41,323 nt of DNA from Minisyncoccia bacterium (lineage in GTDB: Bacteria; Patescibacteriota; Minisyncoccia; Phycocordibacterales; Phycocordibacteraceae). This document shows positions 13,949 to 24,431 of the stretch, one piece after another; the stretch's first letter is position 1; every line of letters starts with the position of its first letter. The translations under genes and the position numbers were made by a program. The notes under the pieces were generated by a model. That model was not told the origin of the DNA, ran no database searches, and worked only from the letters and a program-made list of their open reading frames with translations. The stretch is from contig JBAQEU010000019.1 of NCBI GenBank assembly GCA_049286905.1, positions 1-41,323 on the forward strand, in the 5' to 3' direction.

Positions 13949-15877
13949 TTAGAGACCTATCAACACCGGAATCACCATCGGAGCCTTGTTGGTGCGCTGG
14001 AAGAGGAATCCGGCCATGACGTCGGTGAGGTTGTTCTTCACGTAGTCGAGGTCGATAGGGTTCATGTTGTGCGTCGAGTCCTCGATCGTCTTCTTGATGA
14101 GGATGCGCGCCTCGTTCAGGAGCGGTTGGGATTCGCGCAGGTACACGAAGCCACGACTGATGATGTCCGGGGATTTGCGCAACTTGCCGGTCTTAAGAGC
14201 GACGCTCGCGATGATGACGAACATGCCGTCCTTGGCGAGCGACTGGCGATCACGAATGACGACTTCCTGGATGTCGCCGATGGTGAATCCATCGACAACC
14301 ATCGGAGAGTTCGGCACGCGGTTTTTGTGGACATTAAGTTTCGTACCGTTTTCGATGTCGATGACCGTGCCGTTATCGGCAAGGATGATGTTCTCGCGGG
14401 GGAAGCCTGACTGTTCAACAGCCTTCGCGTGACAGGTCGTCATCGAGCGGTAGCCATAGCCCGGCATGAAGAAGTTCGGGTGAACCTGTTTGTTAATCCA
14501 GACGAGCTCGCCGGTGTTGCCGTGGCCGGTCGAGTGCACGTCAGACGAGCGATAGTGGATAAGCGTGACACCGTGACGGTACAAGTTGTCTTTCAGTTTT
14601 TGCACAGCAATCTCATTACCTGGAATGACCGAGGAAGAGAGCACGATGGTGTCGCGCTCGTTCAACGTGACGTATTTGTGCTGTTTCGTCGAAATGCGCA
14701 TCAGTCCACCGAACTCCTCGCCCTGAGCACCAGTCGAGAGGATGACAATCTTGTCAGGTGGGTACTTGTCGAGGTCCTGGTCGGGAATGAAGGTGTCCTT
14801 TTCGATTTTCAGAAGACCGGTCTTCTCAGCAATTTCGAGGTTCGTCTTTATCGAACGTCCGACAAGAAGGATTTTCTTGTTGTGTTTCTGTGCAGTCTCC
14901 ATGATATGGATCATGCGCTCGAACTGTGACGCGAAGGTGCCGATGATAAGGCGTCCTGAGACCGTCTTGATGATGTCTTCGAGCGTCTGGATGACACGAA
15001 TCTCTGGAATGGAGAAGCCGTCCTTCTCGGCGTTGGTGGAATCGGCGACCATGAAGATGTTGTTGTCCTTGCCGATATCGCCCCAGGTCTTCTGCTCGCG
15101 CTCAGACGGGATGCCGTCGTCATGGTCGAGCTTCAAGTCGCCCGAGATCACGACATTACCCTGCGGGGTTTCCACCGAGGCGCCCATAGAATCAGGGATT
15201 GAGTGGGTGACCGGGAAGAACTTCACCTTCGTCGAGCCGATAGTGACGGTCTGTCCGACTTCGACCACGATCATTTCAGATTTCGGTACATCCGGATATT
15301 CCTCTTGGCGTCGCGCAATCATCACCGAGGTGAGATTCTGCGTATAGATAGGCGGGGTGCCGAAACGGGGGAGGATGAACGGGATGCCGCCGATATGGTC
15401 GAGGTGTCCGTGCGTGATGACGACGCCTTTCACACGATGCGCGTTCTTCTCGAGATATTTTGTATTCGGAAGGATGTAGTCAACGCCTGGTGCGGACTCT
15501 TCAGAGACGAACTGGAAGCCCGCGTCGAAGACTATGATGTCGCCGGTCGCGCCCACCTCGACAGCAATCATGTTACGACCGACTTCTTCGACACCGCCGA
15601 GCGGGATGATGCGAACCGTTGTTGGGCTCGGTTGTTCTGGATAATAATCTGCCGTGACGTGTGCGCGCGTCGGCGACGACGGGCGGCGCAGGATGCGCTG
15701 GATGCGTCTCGTCGCGCCGCCTGGGCGTGAAGAAGACCCGCCGCTTCGCGGGCCACTGCGACGCGGGCCACGGTTTGATGGTCGTGCGGGGTGTTCGCCC
15801 GCTGCGGTGGCGGGTGCTCGGTGCGGACTCGGATTTGATGGAGTCGGTGCAGGAGCTGGTGCTGGTGCTGGATTCAT
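13949..15877 (-). CDS. rnj: ribonuclease J with an N-terminal Pro/Arg/Ser-rich extension
   Basis: HGHLDHIGG motif, with beta-CASP and C-terminal domains typical of RNase J. The first ~88 aa are low complexity (MNPAPAPAPAPTPS...RRSGPRSGGSSSRPGG). Confidence 0.92.
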   Translation of the reverse strand: MNPAPAPAPAPTPSNPSPHRAPATAAGEHPARPSNRGPRRSGPRSGGSSSRPGGATRRIQRILRRPSSPTRAHVTADYYPEQPSPTTVRIIPLGGVEEVGRNMIAVEVGATGDIIVFDAGFQFVSEESAPGVDYILPNTKYLEKNAHRVKGVVITHGHLDHIGGIPFILPRFGTPPIYTQNLTSVMIARRQEEYPDVPKSEMIVVEVGQTVTIGSTKVKFFPVTHSIPDSMGASVETPQGNVVISGDLKLDHDDGIPSEREQKTWGDIGKDNNIFMVADSTNAEKDGFSIPEIRVIQTLEDIIKTVSGRLIIGTFASQFERMIHIMETAQKHNKKILLVGRSIKTNLEIAEKTGLLKIEKDTFIPDQDLDKYPPDKIVILSTGAQGEEFGGLMRISTKQHKYVTLNERDTIVLSSSVIPGNEIAVQKLKDNLYRHGVTLIHYRSSDVHSTGHGNTGELVWINKQVHPNFFMPGYGYRSMTTCHAKAVEQSGFPRENIILADNGTVIDIENGTKLNVHKNRVPNSPMVVDGFTIGDIQEVVIRDRQSLAKDGMFVIIASVALKTGKLRKSPDIISRGFVYLRESQPLLNEARILIKKTIEDSTHNMNPIDLDYVKNNLTDVMAGFLFQRTNKAPMVIPVLIGL

Positions 15878-15943
15878 AACGATAAGTTAGTTAATCGGGC
15901 TTATAAGGTTGTTAAATTGAAACTGAAACCCGTACGAAAATAC

Positions 15944-17671
15944 TTATTTCCTCTTTGCGAAGAACGGCCAGACGGCGTCGGTATAGCGGTACCAATCTGC
16001 GGCTGTCGCGAAACGGTCAGACGGCGTGATGATCTGCGGAAGCCCTACTCCCCGCAGGTCCTGCGGCAGGGCATAGATGAAGCTTGGCGCGTAGATGAAT
16101 GCGGCGGGGTAATCTCCCGCGACGATGTCTTCTATCTTCTGCAGATCATTTGCTTGGGTCGCTCGGTCTGCCGTGGTTCGCGCTTCTTCAAGCAGAGCAT
16201 CGACGGTTTTGTTCGCATACATTGCGATGTTGAGACCCGGGTCATTGCGCTCTTGTGAGTCCCAGAAAGCATAGAGGTCTTGGTCGCGACCGATGACCAT
16301 GCCGTACAGGAGCGCTTCGTATTTGCGAGGTCGGATGACGTTCTGGGAGAGATCCCCCGGCTCGTAGAGCTCAATGTCCACGACGATACCGAGCTTCTCC
16401 CAATCCGCTTTCGCCGCACTTGCGACGTTCTTCAGCTCGGGCACGTTCGATGTGCGGATAGTGACAGAGCTGAATGTCTGTTTCGTCCCAGCGTTCTTCC
16501 AGGCACGTGCTTGTCCGTCGTAGACCCATCCTGCTGTCTCGAGTACGCGGGCGGCCGCTCCCGGATTGTCGAGCTGAGGAATCACCACTTGCTTCACACC
16601 CTGTCCCGGCGGGACAGGACCCATGATAGGAGTTGCATAGCCGCCGAGCACATCCGCGACAATCCCTCTCCGGTCGAGTGCGAGCGAGAGTGCCTTGCGG
16701 ACCTCTGTTCGGGCATAGACCTGGTTCTCGTTCGGATTGAAGAATATACCGAAGACTCGAGCATAGGGGGCGGTGAGAGTCGTTTTGCCCGGGATGCCGT
16801 ACGCACTTTCTATCTCGCCGGTCGCAAGCGCTCGTGAGCGGTCTTCGGCGTTCGAGTAGAAGTTGAAACGGATACCGTCGAGATACGGTCGACCGAGTAC
16901 ATACTGTTTGTTTGCGACAAGCGACACGCTCTCTATGAGCCCGGATGCATCCCGCGAGACGCTTGCGACCTTGAACGGGCCGTTGCCGACAGGATTTGTC
17001 TCGAGCGCCGAGAATGGGAACTCCGTATCCGAGATGTTTTGCCAGAGACGTGATGGCAGGATGCCGAGTGTTGTGAGTTCAAGGAATGGCGCATACGCTT
17101 TCGTGAGCGTGAAGCGGACGGTTTCGGCGTCGACTGCGACGACGTTTACTCCCGACCAGTTCGCGTATTCCGGACTCTTCAGCGCCGGGTCCTGTGCTTT
17201 CTTCACCGTGAAGACGACATCGGCAGAGGTGATAGGCGTGCCATCGGTGAACTTCGCGCCCTCACGCAGGATGAAGGCGTATGATTTGCCGTCTTCGCTC
17301 ATCAAGTAGCTCTCGGCAAGTACTGGCACGAGTGTCCCGTTGCTTCCGAGGCCCATAAGACCCGCGTAGGTGAGGGTCGAGAGATCGCGATCAGCGTCAC
17401 TGATGGCAAGGAGCGGATTGATGAACTGCGGGCTTCCTATCTCGCCTTCGACGAGGAATCCTCCGTAGGAAGGTACTTTCTCAAGAATGGACTGTTGGAG
17501 CACAAAGAGGCTTACGATAGAGACGATACTGAAAATACCTGCGAGGATATAGAAGACGACACGATCTCCGGATGAAAGCCCTTGTACGAAAGCTCCGAAG
17601 CGTTCAAGCATCGGGATGCTTCTCGTTTGAGCGAGCTGTTCTCTCCAGTGAGAACGTACTTCGTCGGTCAT
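15944..17671 (-). CDS. ABC transporter substrate-binding protein, family 5 (peptide/nickel type), membrane anchored
   Basis: N-terminal TM span followed by an SBP_bac_5-like sequence (GPFKV..., LYGMVIG...). Confidence 0.86.
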   Translation of the reverse strand: MTDEVRSHWREQLAQTRSIPMLERFGAFVQGLSSGDRVVFYILAGIFSIVSIVSLFVLQQSILEKVPSYGGFLVEGEIGSPQFINPLLAISDADRDLSTLTYAGLMGLGSNGTLVPVLAESYLMSEDGKSYAFILREGAKFTDGTPITSADVVFTVKKAQDPALKSPEYANWSGVNVVAVDAETVRFTLTKAYAPFLELTTLGILPSRLWQNISDTEFPFSALETNPVGNGPFKVASVSRDASGLIESVSLVANKQYVLGRPYLDGIRFNFYSNAEDRSRALATGEIESAYGIPGKTTLTAPYARVFGIFFNPNENQVYARTEVRKALSLALDRRGIVADVLGGYATPIMGPVPPGQGVKQVVIPQLDNPGAAARVLETAGWVYDGQARAWKNAGTKQTFSSVTIRTSNVPELKNVASAAKADWEKLGIVVDIELYEPGDLSQNVIRPRKYEALLYGMVIGRDQDLYAFWDSQERNDPGLNIAMYANKTVDALLEEARTTADRATQANDLQKIEDIVAGDYPAAFIYAPSFIYALPQDLRGVGLPQIITPSDRFATAADWYRYTDAVWPFFAKRK

Positions 17672-17907
17672 GACCCTGCCAGAAGGAAGTTCGCTATCGC
17701 TGTAAGCACGAGGAGAATAGCGGTGAGGATTGTCGCATTGAATAGGAACTTCTCGGCGCCCCTGCGCTTGTAGAATGTCGATGCGAAATTATCACCTCCG
17801 AAGGCTCCTCCGAGAGTCGCGCCGCGTCGCTGTAGGACGATGCCGACTATGAGGAGTATTGAGAGGGTTATTTCCGCGTACGGTAGTGCCGATACGAGTG
17901 CCTCCAT
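17668..17907 (-). CDS. secG: preprotein translocase subunit SecG
   Basis: Two TM spans and a GGAFGG glycine-rich loop. The ATG at 17907 is preferred over the TTG at 17955. The 3' end overlaps the SBP start by 4 nt. Confidence 0.8.
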   Translation of the reverse strand: MEALVSALPYAEITLSILLIVGIVLQRRGATLGGAFGGDNFASTFYKRRGAEKFLFNATILTAILLVLTAIANFLLAGS

Positions 17908-17949
17908 CTGTACCTGGAAGGATAGCACGGACGGGGAATAGGGTGCAAG

Positions 17950-17979
17950 TTGCAAAGGGTCGTCATGTTCCTCTATACT
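17950..17979 (+). promoter_or_regulatory. sigma70-like promoter upstream of groES
   Basis: TTGCAA (17950-17955), 18 nt spacer, TATACT (17974-17979). Confidence 0.55.
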
Positions 17980-18023
17980 CCCTCTACGAGAGTGAGGGCG
18001 CTTTATTCATTTATATATACTGT

Positions 18024-18332
18024 ATGGCAAAGAAATTTTCGCTGAAGCCGCTTGGTGACCGAGTAGTCGTAAAACCTTCTGAAAAGGAAGGGGAGCGGAA
18101 GCTTGCTTCCGGCATCATCATCCCCGAGACGGTAGACAAAGAGAAACTCATGACCGGCACGGTCGTCGCTGTCGGTCCTGGCAGACACAACGATGCCGGC
18201 ACTCGTATTCCGGTAGATGTGAAAGAGGGCGATGCAGTCATGTTCAAGAAACCGTGGGATGAACCGTTCAAACTTGATGGTGAGACGTTCTATGTGCTGA
18301 ATGAATCCGATATCAGCCTTATTCAACTGTAA
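18024..18332 (+). CDS. groES: co-chaperonin GroES
   Basis: LKPLGDRVVVKP...IIIPE...GTVVAVGPG is a typical Cpn10 sequence. Confidence 0.95.
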   Translation: MAKKFSLKPLGDRVVVKPSEKEGERKLASGIIIPETVDKEKLMTGTVVAVGPGRHNDAGTRIPVDVKEGDAVMFKKPWDEPFKLDGETFYVLNESDISLIQL

Positions 18333-19964
<1,632 letters not shown>

Positions 19965-20062
19965 TCACTTGGAGGCCCGGCCTCCAAGTGACACTATCGA
20001 AGTCAGACTTCGATACCTGTGAAGGTCAGACCTTCACAAAACACCCGCGGCGCCGCGGGTGT
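19965..20062. repeat. array of four consecutive perfect palindromes (bidirectional terminator region)
   Basis: Four palindromes: TCACTTGGAGGCC-C-GGCCTCCAAGTGA (19965-19991), TATCGAAGTC-A-GACTTCGATA (19995-20015), TGTGAAGGTC-A-GACCTTCACA (20018-20038), and ACACCCGCGG-CG-CCGCGGGTGT (20041-20062) followed by TTT. Confidence 0.85.
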
Positions 20063-20072
20063 TTCTACTGGA

Positions 20073-20810
20073 TTACTGTCCCGGCTGTTCGTTGAAGCTC
20101 ACGACCTCCCAGCCGTGCGTTCCTGAGAACATCTTCCACGGGTGGAACTCGACTACCGTGATGCCGGCGTTGTCGGAGACGTTGAAATACGAGAGCTTGA
20201 TGAAATCGGCGGCATGGAGGCGCTCGCGGTACAGGAGATACGCGATGAGCATTTTGAGGAAGTGGTGATGGGTGACGACGACGGTCTCGCGCGCGCTCTG
20301 GCGGGCGAGGAAGCGGAGCGCCTTCTTGCCGCGCACCTTCTCGTCGACGAAGTTCTCTTCGTCAGCGATTCGGTATTCGTCTTCGTGATAAGCAAGGTCC
20401 ATTTGGTCGACGATGCGCTCAACTTCGGGATCGTGCGTGCTCTTGCCGATAATTGCACTCGGGTTGCGCCGTTCGGCAAAGAGCTCAGAAGTAGTGACAG
20501 GTACGCCGAGGTGCGCGTTGATAATCTGTGCTGTTTCTTGAGCTCGGGCGTAGGTGCTTGAGATAATCCTCCCGATAGGAAAGTTCTTGAGGTAGAGTCC
20601 GACCTGGTCAGCCTGAGCGCGACCCTTTTCAGAGAGCGCTCCTTCAGGGCCTTGGCGGACGTGCTTTGAGTTGAGAAGGGTCTCGCCGTGACGCACGAGG
20701 TAGAAACGCCGCGGGCGCATGAAGAGGAATATCGGTATGAGGACGATGATAGTGAGAAGTGGCGGCACAAGCGGTGAAAACACGGCAATGAGATCGTTTT
20801 GGTTTAGCAT
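20073..20810 (-). CDS. histidine phosphatase (phosphoglycerate mutase-like) family protein with N-terminal TM span
   Basis: LVRHGET...(RHG motif), with a downstream H in VVTHHHF. ATG at 20810 chosen over the GTG at 20843. Confidence 0.84.
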   Translation of the reverse strand: MLNQNDLIAVFSPLVPPLLTIIVLIPIFLFMRPRRFYLVRHGETLLNSKHVRQGPEGALSEKGRAQADQVGLYLKNFPIGRIISSTYARAQETAQIINAHLGVPVTTSELFAERRNPSAIIGKSTHDPEVERIVDQMDLAYHEDEYRIADEENFVDEKVRGKKALRFLARQSARETVVVTHHHFLKMLIAYLLYRERLHAADFIKLSYFNVSDNAGITVVEFHPWKMFSGTHGWEVVSFNEQPGQ

Positions 20811-20818
20811 AATGCATC

Positions 20819-20825
20819 TAGTATA
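20819..20825. promoter_or_regulatory. overlapping divergent -10 boxes (TAGTATA)
   Basis: TAGTAT on + lies 6 nt before the ATG at 20831. TATACT on - lies 9 nt before the ATG at 20810. The intergenic gap is exactly 20 bp. Confidence 0.5.
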
Positions 20826-20830
20826 ACCGA

Positions 20831-22357
20831 ATGGTACACTCACCCTATATGCACTTACCTTTCGAACTTTCCACGTTTCCGCGATGGATACTGGTGTCTG
20901 CCGTTGTTGTCGTCATTGTTTCTGCATATCTGATTCTCGGCAAGGGAAGCGACCTCGGAGCTACGCTCGTCATCCATCCTGCCGAATTCAGGAAACAGGT
21001 CAGCGTGTCGGGAACAGTAACCGCTACGCGAGATGCCGCGCTCGGATTCGCCGCAAGCGGCCGGATACTCGGTACGTACGCATCTGTCGGTCAGCATGTC
21101 GGAGCCGGGACGATTCTTGCTGAGATTGAGAACGGCGACCTCGTTGCAATCCTTGCGCAGAAGGAGTCGGCACTTGCTGAAGCCGAGGCGAACCTCGCGT
21201 CGCTTCGAGCTGGTACGCGGACTGAAGAGATTGCTGTTGCGGCTATCGCCGTGACGAATGCACAAGCGGCGCTCATGAACGCTGTCCAGAGTGCGTATAC
21301 CGCAAGCGACGATGCTGTTCACAACAAGACCGATACGTTCTTCACGAATCCGCGCACAAGCCCGCAGTTGTCGTTCTCTGTCGCAAACGCAAATCTCAAG
21401 ACAATAGTCGAGCGTGACCGTGCCGACATAGAACCGGTGCTTGCGAGCTGGGCGCTCCTCGTGACGAAGCTCTCGTCGGCCACTATCGCTGACTCGGCGA
21501 AGCAGTCGCAGGTGTACCTCGCAAAAGTCACGATGCTTCTCGCAGACGAGAACATCGCGCTCAACCAGGCGCTTCCGGACCAGACGACGTCAAGCGCGAC
21601 ACTTTCTTCATACGGCACGACGCTCTCCTCTGCTCGCATCAGCGTAAACTCTGCGGCAACGACGCTCACGACAAACGCCGCCGCTCTCGATACTGCAGAA
21701 AGCTCGCTTGCTCTGAAGCGAGCTGGCGCGACAGTCGAGGCGATTGCCGCACAGGAAGCCTCAGTCGCTTCTGCTCGAGCCGACGTCCGCTCTGCTGCCG
21801 CATCGCTCGCGAAGACTCGCGTCACGGCACCATTTAGCGGTACCGTCACGCGCATGGAAGCGAAGACCGGAGAGATCGTATCACCGACGACCTCAGGCAT
21901 CGGCATGCAGAGCGATGGTGTCTTCGAGATTGAGACCTATGTCCCCGAGACGGTCATCGTGAACATTGCCGTCGGGAACTCGGCAACCACAACGCTCGAT
22001 GCGTACGGTTCGTCGATCTCGTTCCCGTCGCGCGTCATCCTAGTCGACCCTGCGGAGACCGTGAAGGACGGTGTGCCGACCTACAAGACGACACTCGCGT
22101 TTCTTGAGAAAGATTCGCGCATCAGAAGCGGTATGACAGCAAACGTCCTTATGGAGACCGGTATCCTGCCACATGCGATCGTCATCCCTGCTGGCGCAGT
22201 CGGCACGAAAGACGGGGTGTCGTATGTGTCGGTCGTGACCGATGGCGGAGCATCACCACGCACCGTAAAAACTGGTTCCTCTCCTATGCTCGGACAGATA
22301 GAGATACTCTCCGGTCTTGAGGATGGCGACGTCATCCTCCTTGCGCCACAGCCCTAG
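20831..22357 (+). CDS. HlyD/MacA-type periplasmic adaptor (membrane fusion) protein
   Basis: N-terminal TM span, a long Ala-rich coiled-coil region, a lipoyl/beta-barrel-like C-terminus (TAPFSGTVT), and its position upstream of FtsX/ATPase genes. Confidence 0.8.
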   Translation: MVHSPYMHLPFELSTFPRWILVSAVVVVIVSAYLILGKGSDLGATLVIHPAEFRKQVSVSGTVTATRDAALGFAASGRILGTYASVGQHVGAGTILAEIENGDLVAILAQKESALAEAEANLASLRAGTRTEEIAVAAIAVTNAQAALMNAVQSAYTASDDAVHNKTDTFFTNPRTSPQLSFSVANANLKTIVERDRADIEPVLASWALLVTKLSSATIADSAKQSQVYLAKVTMLLADENIALNQALPDQTTSSATLSSYGTTLSSARISVNSAATTLTTNAAALDTAESSLALKRAGATVEAIAAQEASVASARADVRSAAASLAKTRVTAPFSGTVTRMEAKTGEIVSPTTSGIGMQSDGVFEIETYVPETVIVNIAVGNSATTTLDAYGSSISFPSRVILVDPAETVKDGVPTYKTTLAFLEKDSRIRSGMTANVLMETGILPHAIVIPAGAVGTKDGVSYVSVVTDGGASPRTVKTGSSPMLGQIEILSGLEDGDVILLAPQP

Positions 22358-22382
22358 CGACTGAATCTCGTCTGATTCGTGT

Positions 22383-23639
22383 ATGTTCTCCCTCCTCAAC
22401 ATCCGCGTCGGTTTCTACCTCGCCCTGCGTCAGCTCCGGCGCGCGAGCCTGTGGACGACCGGGCTCATCGTCTTTGTGATGTTGCTCACGTTCCTCAATC
22501 TCGTCGTCGTCACGGGCGTGCTCGTGGGACTCATCGCGGGTATCAACGAAAGCTATCGTACGCAGTACACGGGCGACGTCATCCTCTCGGCCCTCTCGAC
22601 AAAGGACTATATCGAAGACACACCGAACGTCGTCGCCTTTCTGAAGACGCTCCCGCAGGTCTCGCTTCTGACCGAGCGCTATCAGACGGGCGGCGTCATC
22701 GAGGCGAACTATCTTACGCGCACCGGAACGTCAGAGAAACCGAATGCGACAAGCGCGCAGATTATCGGCATCGATCCTGTGGATGAGAGTGCCTTCACCG
22801 GGCTCTCGAAGCGGATCATCGAAGGGCAGTATTTTGCAGAAAATGACTATGATCAGATTCTGATCGGCAACTATCTGCTCGAACAGTATGCGTTCGGCGA
22901 GTTGCCAGGTCTCACACCCCTGAAGAATGTGTCGCCGGGTACGAAGGTGCGCATCACGATAAACGGCGCGACGCGGGAATTCATCGTGAAGGGTTTCGTG
23001 AAGACCAAGATTGACGCGCTCGCGACGAGTATCTTCATGCCGGCTTCCGAACTCCGCACAATCATGGGCCGCACCGATCAGAATGTCGGGCAGATAGCGA
23101 TACGTCTCGTTCCGGGGAGCGACCCGGTCGCATTCAAGAAGCTCTTGCTTGATAGCGGCATCGGCGAGAAAGCGAAGGTGCAGACCTTTGCTGACTCGAT
23201 TCCAAACGGCGTCGCCGATATCAAGAAGACGTTTGCGATGCTTGGAGACGGCTTTAGCTCAATCGGTCTCGTGGTGGCGGCGATCACGATATTCATCGTC
23301 ATCTTCATCAACGCGATTACGCGCCGGAAGTTCATCGGCATCTTGAAGGGCATCGGCATCTCGGGCGAAGCTATCGAGGTTTCCTACATATTCCAGTCGC
23401 TCTTCTATGCGGTCATCGGTTCGGCACTCGGTGTGCTCGTACTCTATGGATTTCTCGTGCCGACGCTCGCGGCGCATCCTATTAACTTCCCATTCAGCGA
23501 CGGCATTCTCGTCGCGCCCTTGTTCGATACCTCGATACGTATCCTGCTTCTTGTCGGCACGACCGTCATCGCCGGGTATCTCCCGTCGCGTATGATCGTG
23601 CGCAAGAACACACTCGACTCTATTCTCGGGCGTAATTAA
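22383..23639 (+). CDS. ABC transporter permease, FtsX/MacB type
   Basis: One TM span, a large extracytoplasmic domain, then three TM spans with an FtsX-like C-terminus. Confidence 0.86.
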   Translation: MFSLLNIRVGFYLALRQLRRASLWTTGLIVFVMLLTFLNLVVVTGVLVGLIAGINESYRTQYTGDVILSALSTKDYIEDTPNVVAFLKTLPQVSLLTERYQTGGVIEANYLTRTGTSEKPNATSAQIIGIDPVDESAFTGLSKRIIEGQYFAENDYDQILIGNYLLEQYAFGELPGLTPLKNVSPGTKVRITINGATREFIVKGFVKTKIDALATSIFMPASELRTIMGRTDQNVGQIAIRLVPGSDPVAFKKLLLDSGIGEKAKVQTFADSIPNGVADIKKTFAMLGDGFSSIGLVVAAITIFIVIFINAITRRKFIGILKGIGISGEAIEVSYIFQSLFYAVIGSALGVLVLYGFLVPTLAAHPINFPFSDGILVAPLFDTSIRILLLVGTTVIAGYLPSRMIVRKNTLDSILGRN

Positions 23640-23646
23640 TATACCT

Positions 23647-24333
23647 ATGGCAAGCATTGAAGTCATCGATCTCATAAAATCATTTAAAGACGGTCCCGTC
23701 GAAACGCGGGTGTTGAAGGGTATTAACCTGTGGATTGAAAGCGGCGAATTCGTCGCGATCATGGGTCGCTCGGGAGCAGGGAAGAGTACGCTCCTCTACC
23801 AGATGTCCCTTCTCGACGACCCGACATCGGGGCACATACACATAAATAAAGAAGAGGTGCATGAAATGAGCGAGCACCAGAAGATGCTCTTCCGTCTCAC
23901 CGAGCTCGGGTACGTCTTCCAGGACTATGCGCTTCTGCCGGAGCTTACAGCACTTGAGAACGTCGCCCTGCCGCTCTACATGCAGGGAGTCTCGCTCGCG
24001 GCGGCGGAGGAGAAGGCGACGACCGCGCTCGAACGGGTTGGGCTCGGCAAACGTTTGGGGAATCGCCCCGGTCAGCTCTCGGGAGGGGAACAACAGCGCG
24101 TCTCCATTTCGCGGGCTATCGCGCACAGCCCAGGCATCCTTTTCGCTGACGAACCGACTGCGAATCTCGACAAAGAATCGTCGGCCGTGGTCATGGCTAT
24201 ATTTAAAGAGCTTCACAAGAGCGGACAGACCATTATCATGGTGACGCACGAAGAAGAATTTTCGAAATTCGCTGAGCGCATCTTGAAGCTGGACGACGGC
24301 AAGATAGTGTCTGACGAGCGCACGCCCCGGTAG
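23647..24333 (+). CDS. ABC transporter ATP-binding protein (MacB/LolD-like)
   Basis: Walker A GRSGAGKST, signature LSGGEQQR, Walker B ILFADEPT. Confidence 0.95.
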   Translation: MASIEVIDLIKSFKDGPVETRVLKGINLWIESGEFVAIMGRSGAGKSTLLYQMSLLDDPTSGHIHINKEEVHEMSEHQKMLFRLTELGYVFQDYALLPELTALENVALPLYMQGVSLAAAEEKATTALERVGLGKRLGNRPGQLSGGEQQRVSISRAIAHSPGILFADEPTANLDKESSAVVMAIFKELHKSGQTIIMVTHEEEFSKFAERILKLDDGKIVSDERTPR

Positions 24334-24431
24334 AGTTTTGCACAGGGGGTCTCCCAACTCGCACAAAGAGAGTCATACTAGTGAGAGCGGAGCACTAACC
24401 CGCCTTACTCATCACTCATTATCCTACTCGC

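Noticed and set aside
15852-15874. The (GCTGGT)n repeat at the 5' end of rnj as a phase-variation (on/off) switch
   Set aside because: The repeat unit is 6 nt, so slippage keeps the reading frame. It can only vary the length of the Pro-Ala tract, not switch expression.
17980-17998. Possible CIRCE/HrcA operator in front of groES (CCCTC-N9-GAGGG just after the -10)
   Set aside because: Only 5-bp arms are present, and the sequence does not resemble TTAGCACTC-N9-GAGTGCTAA. I cannot support a CIRCE call. At most it is a small 5' hairpin.
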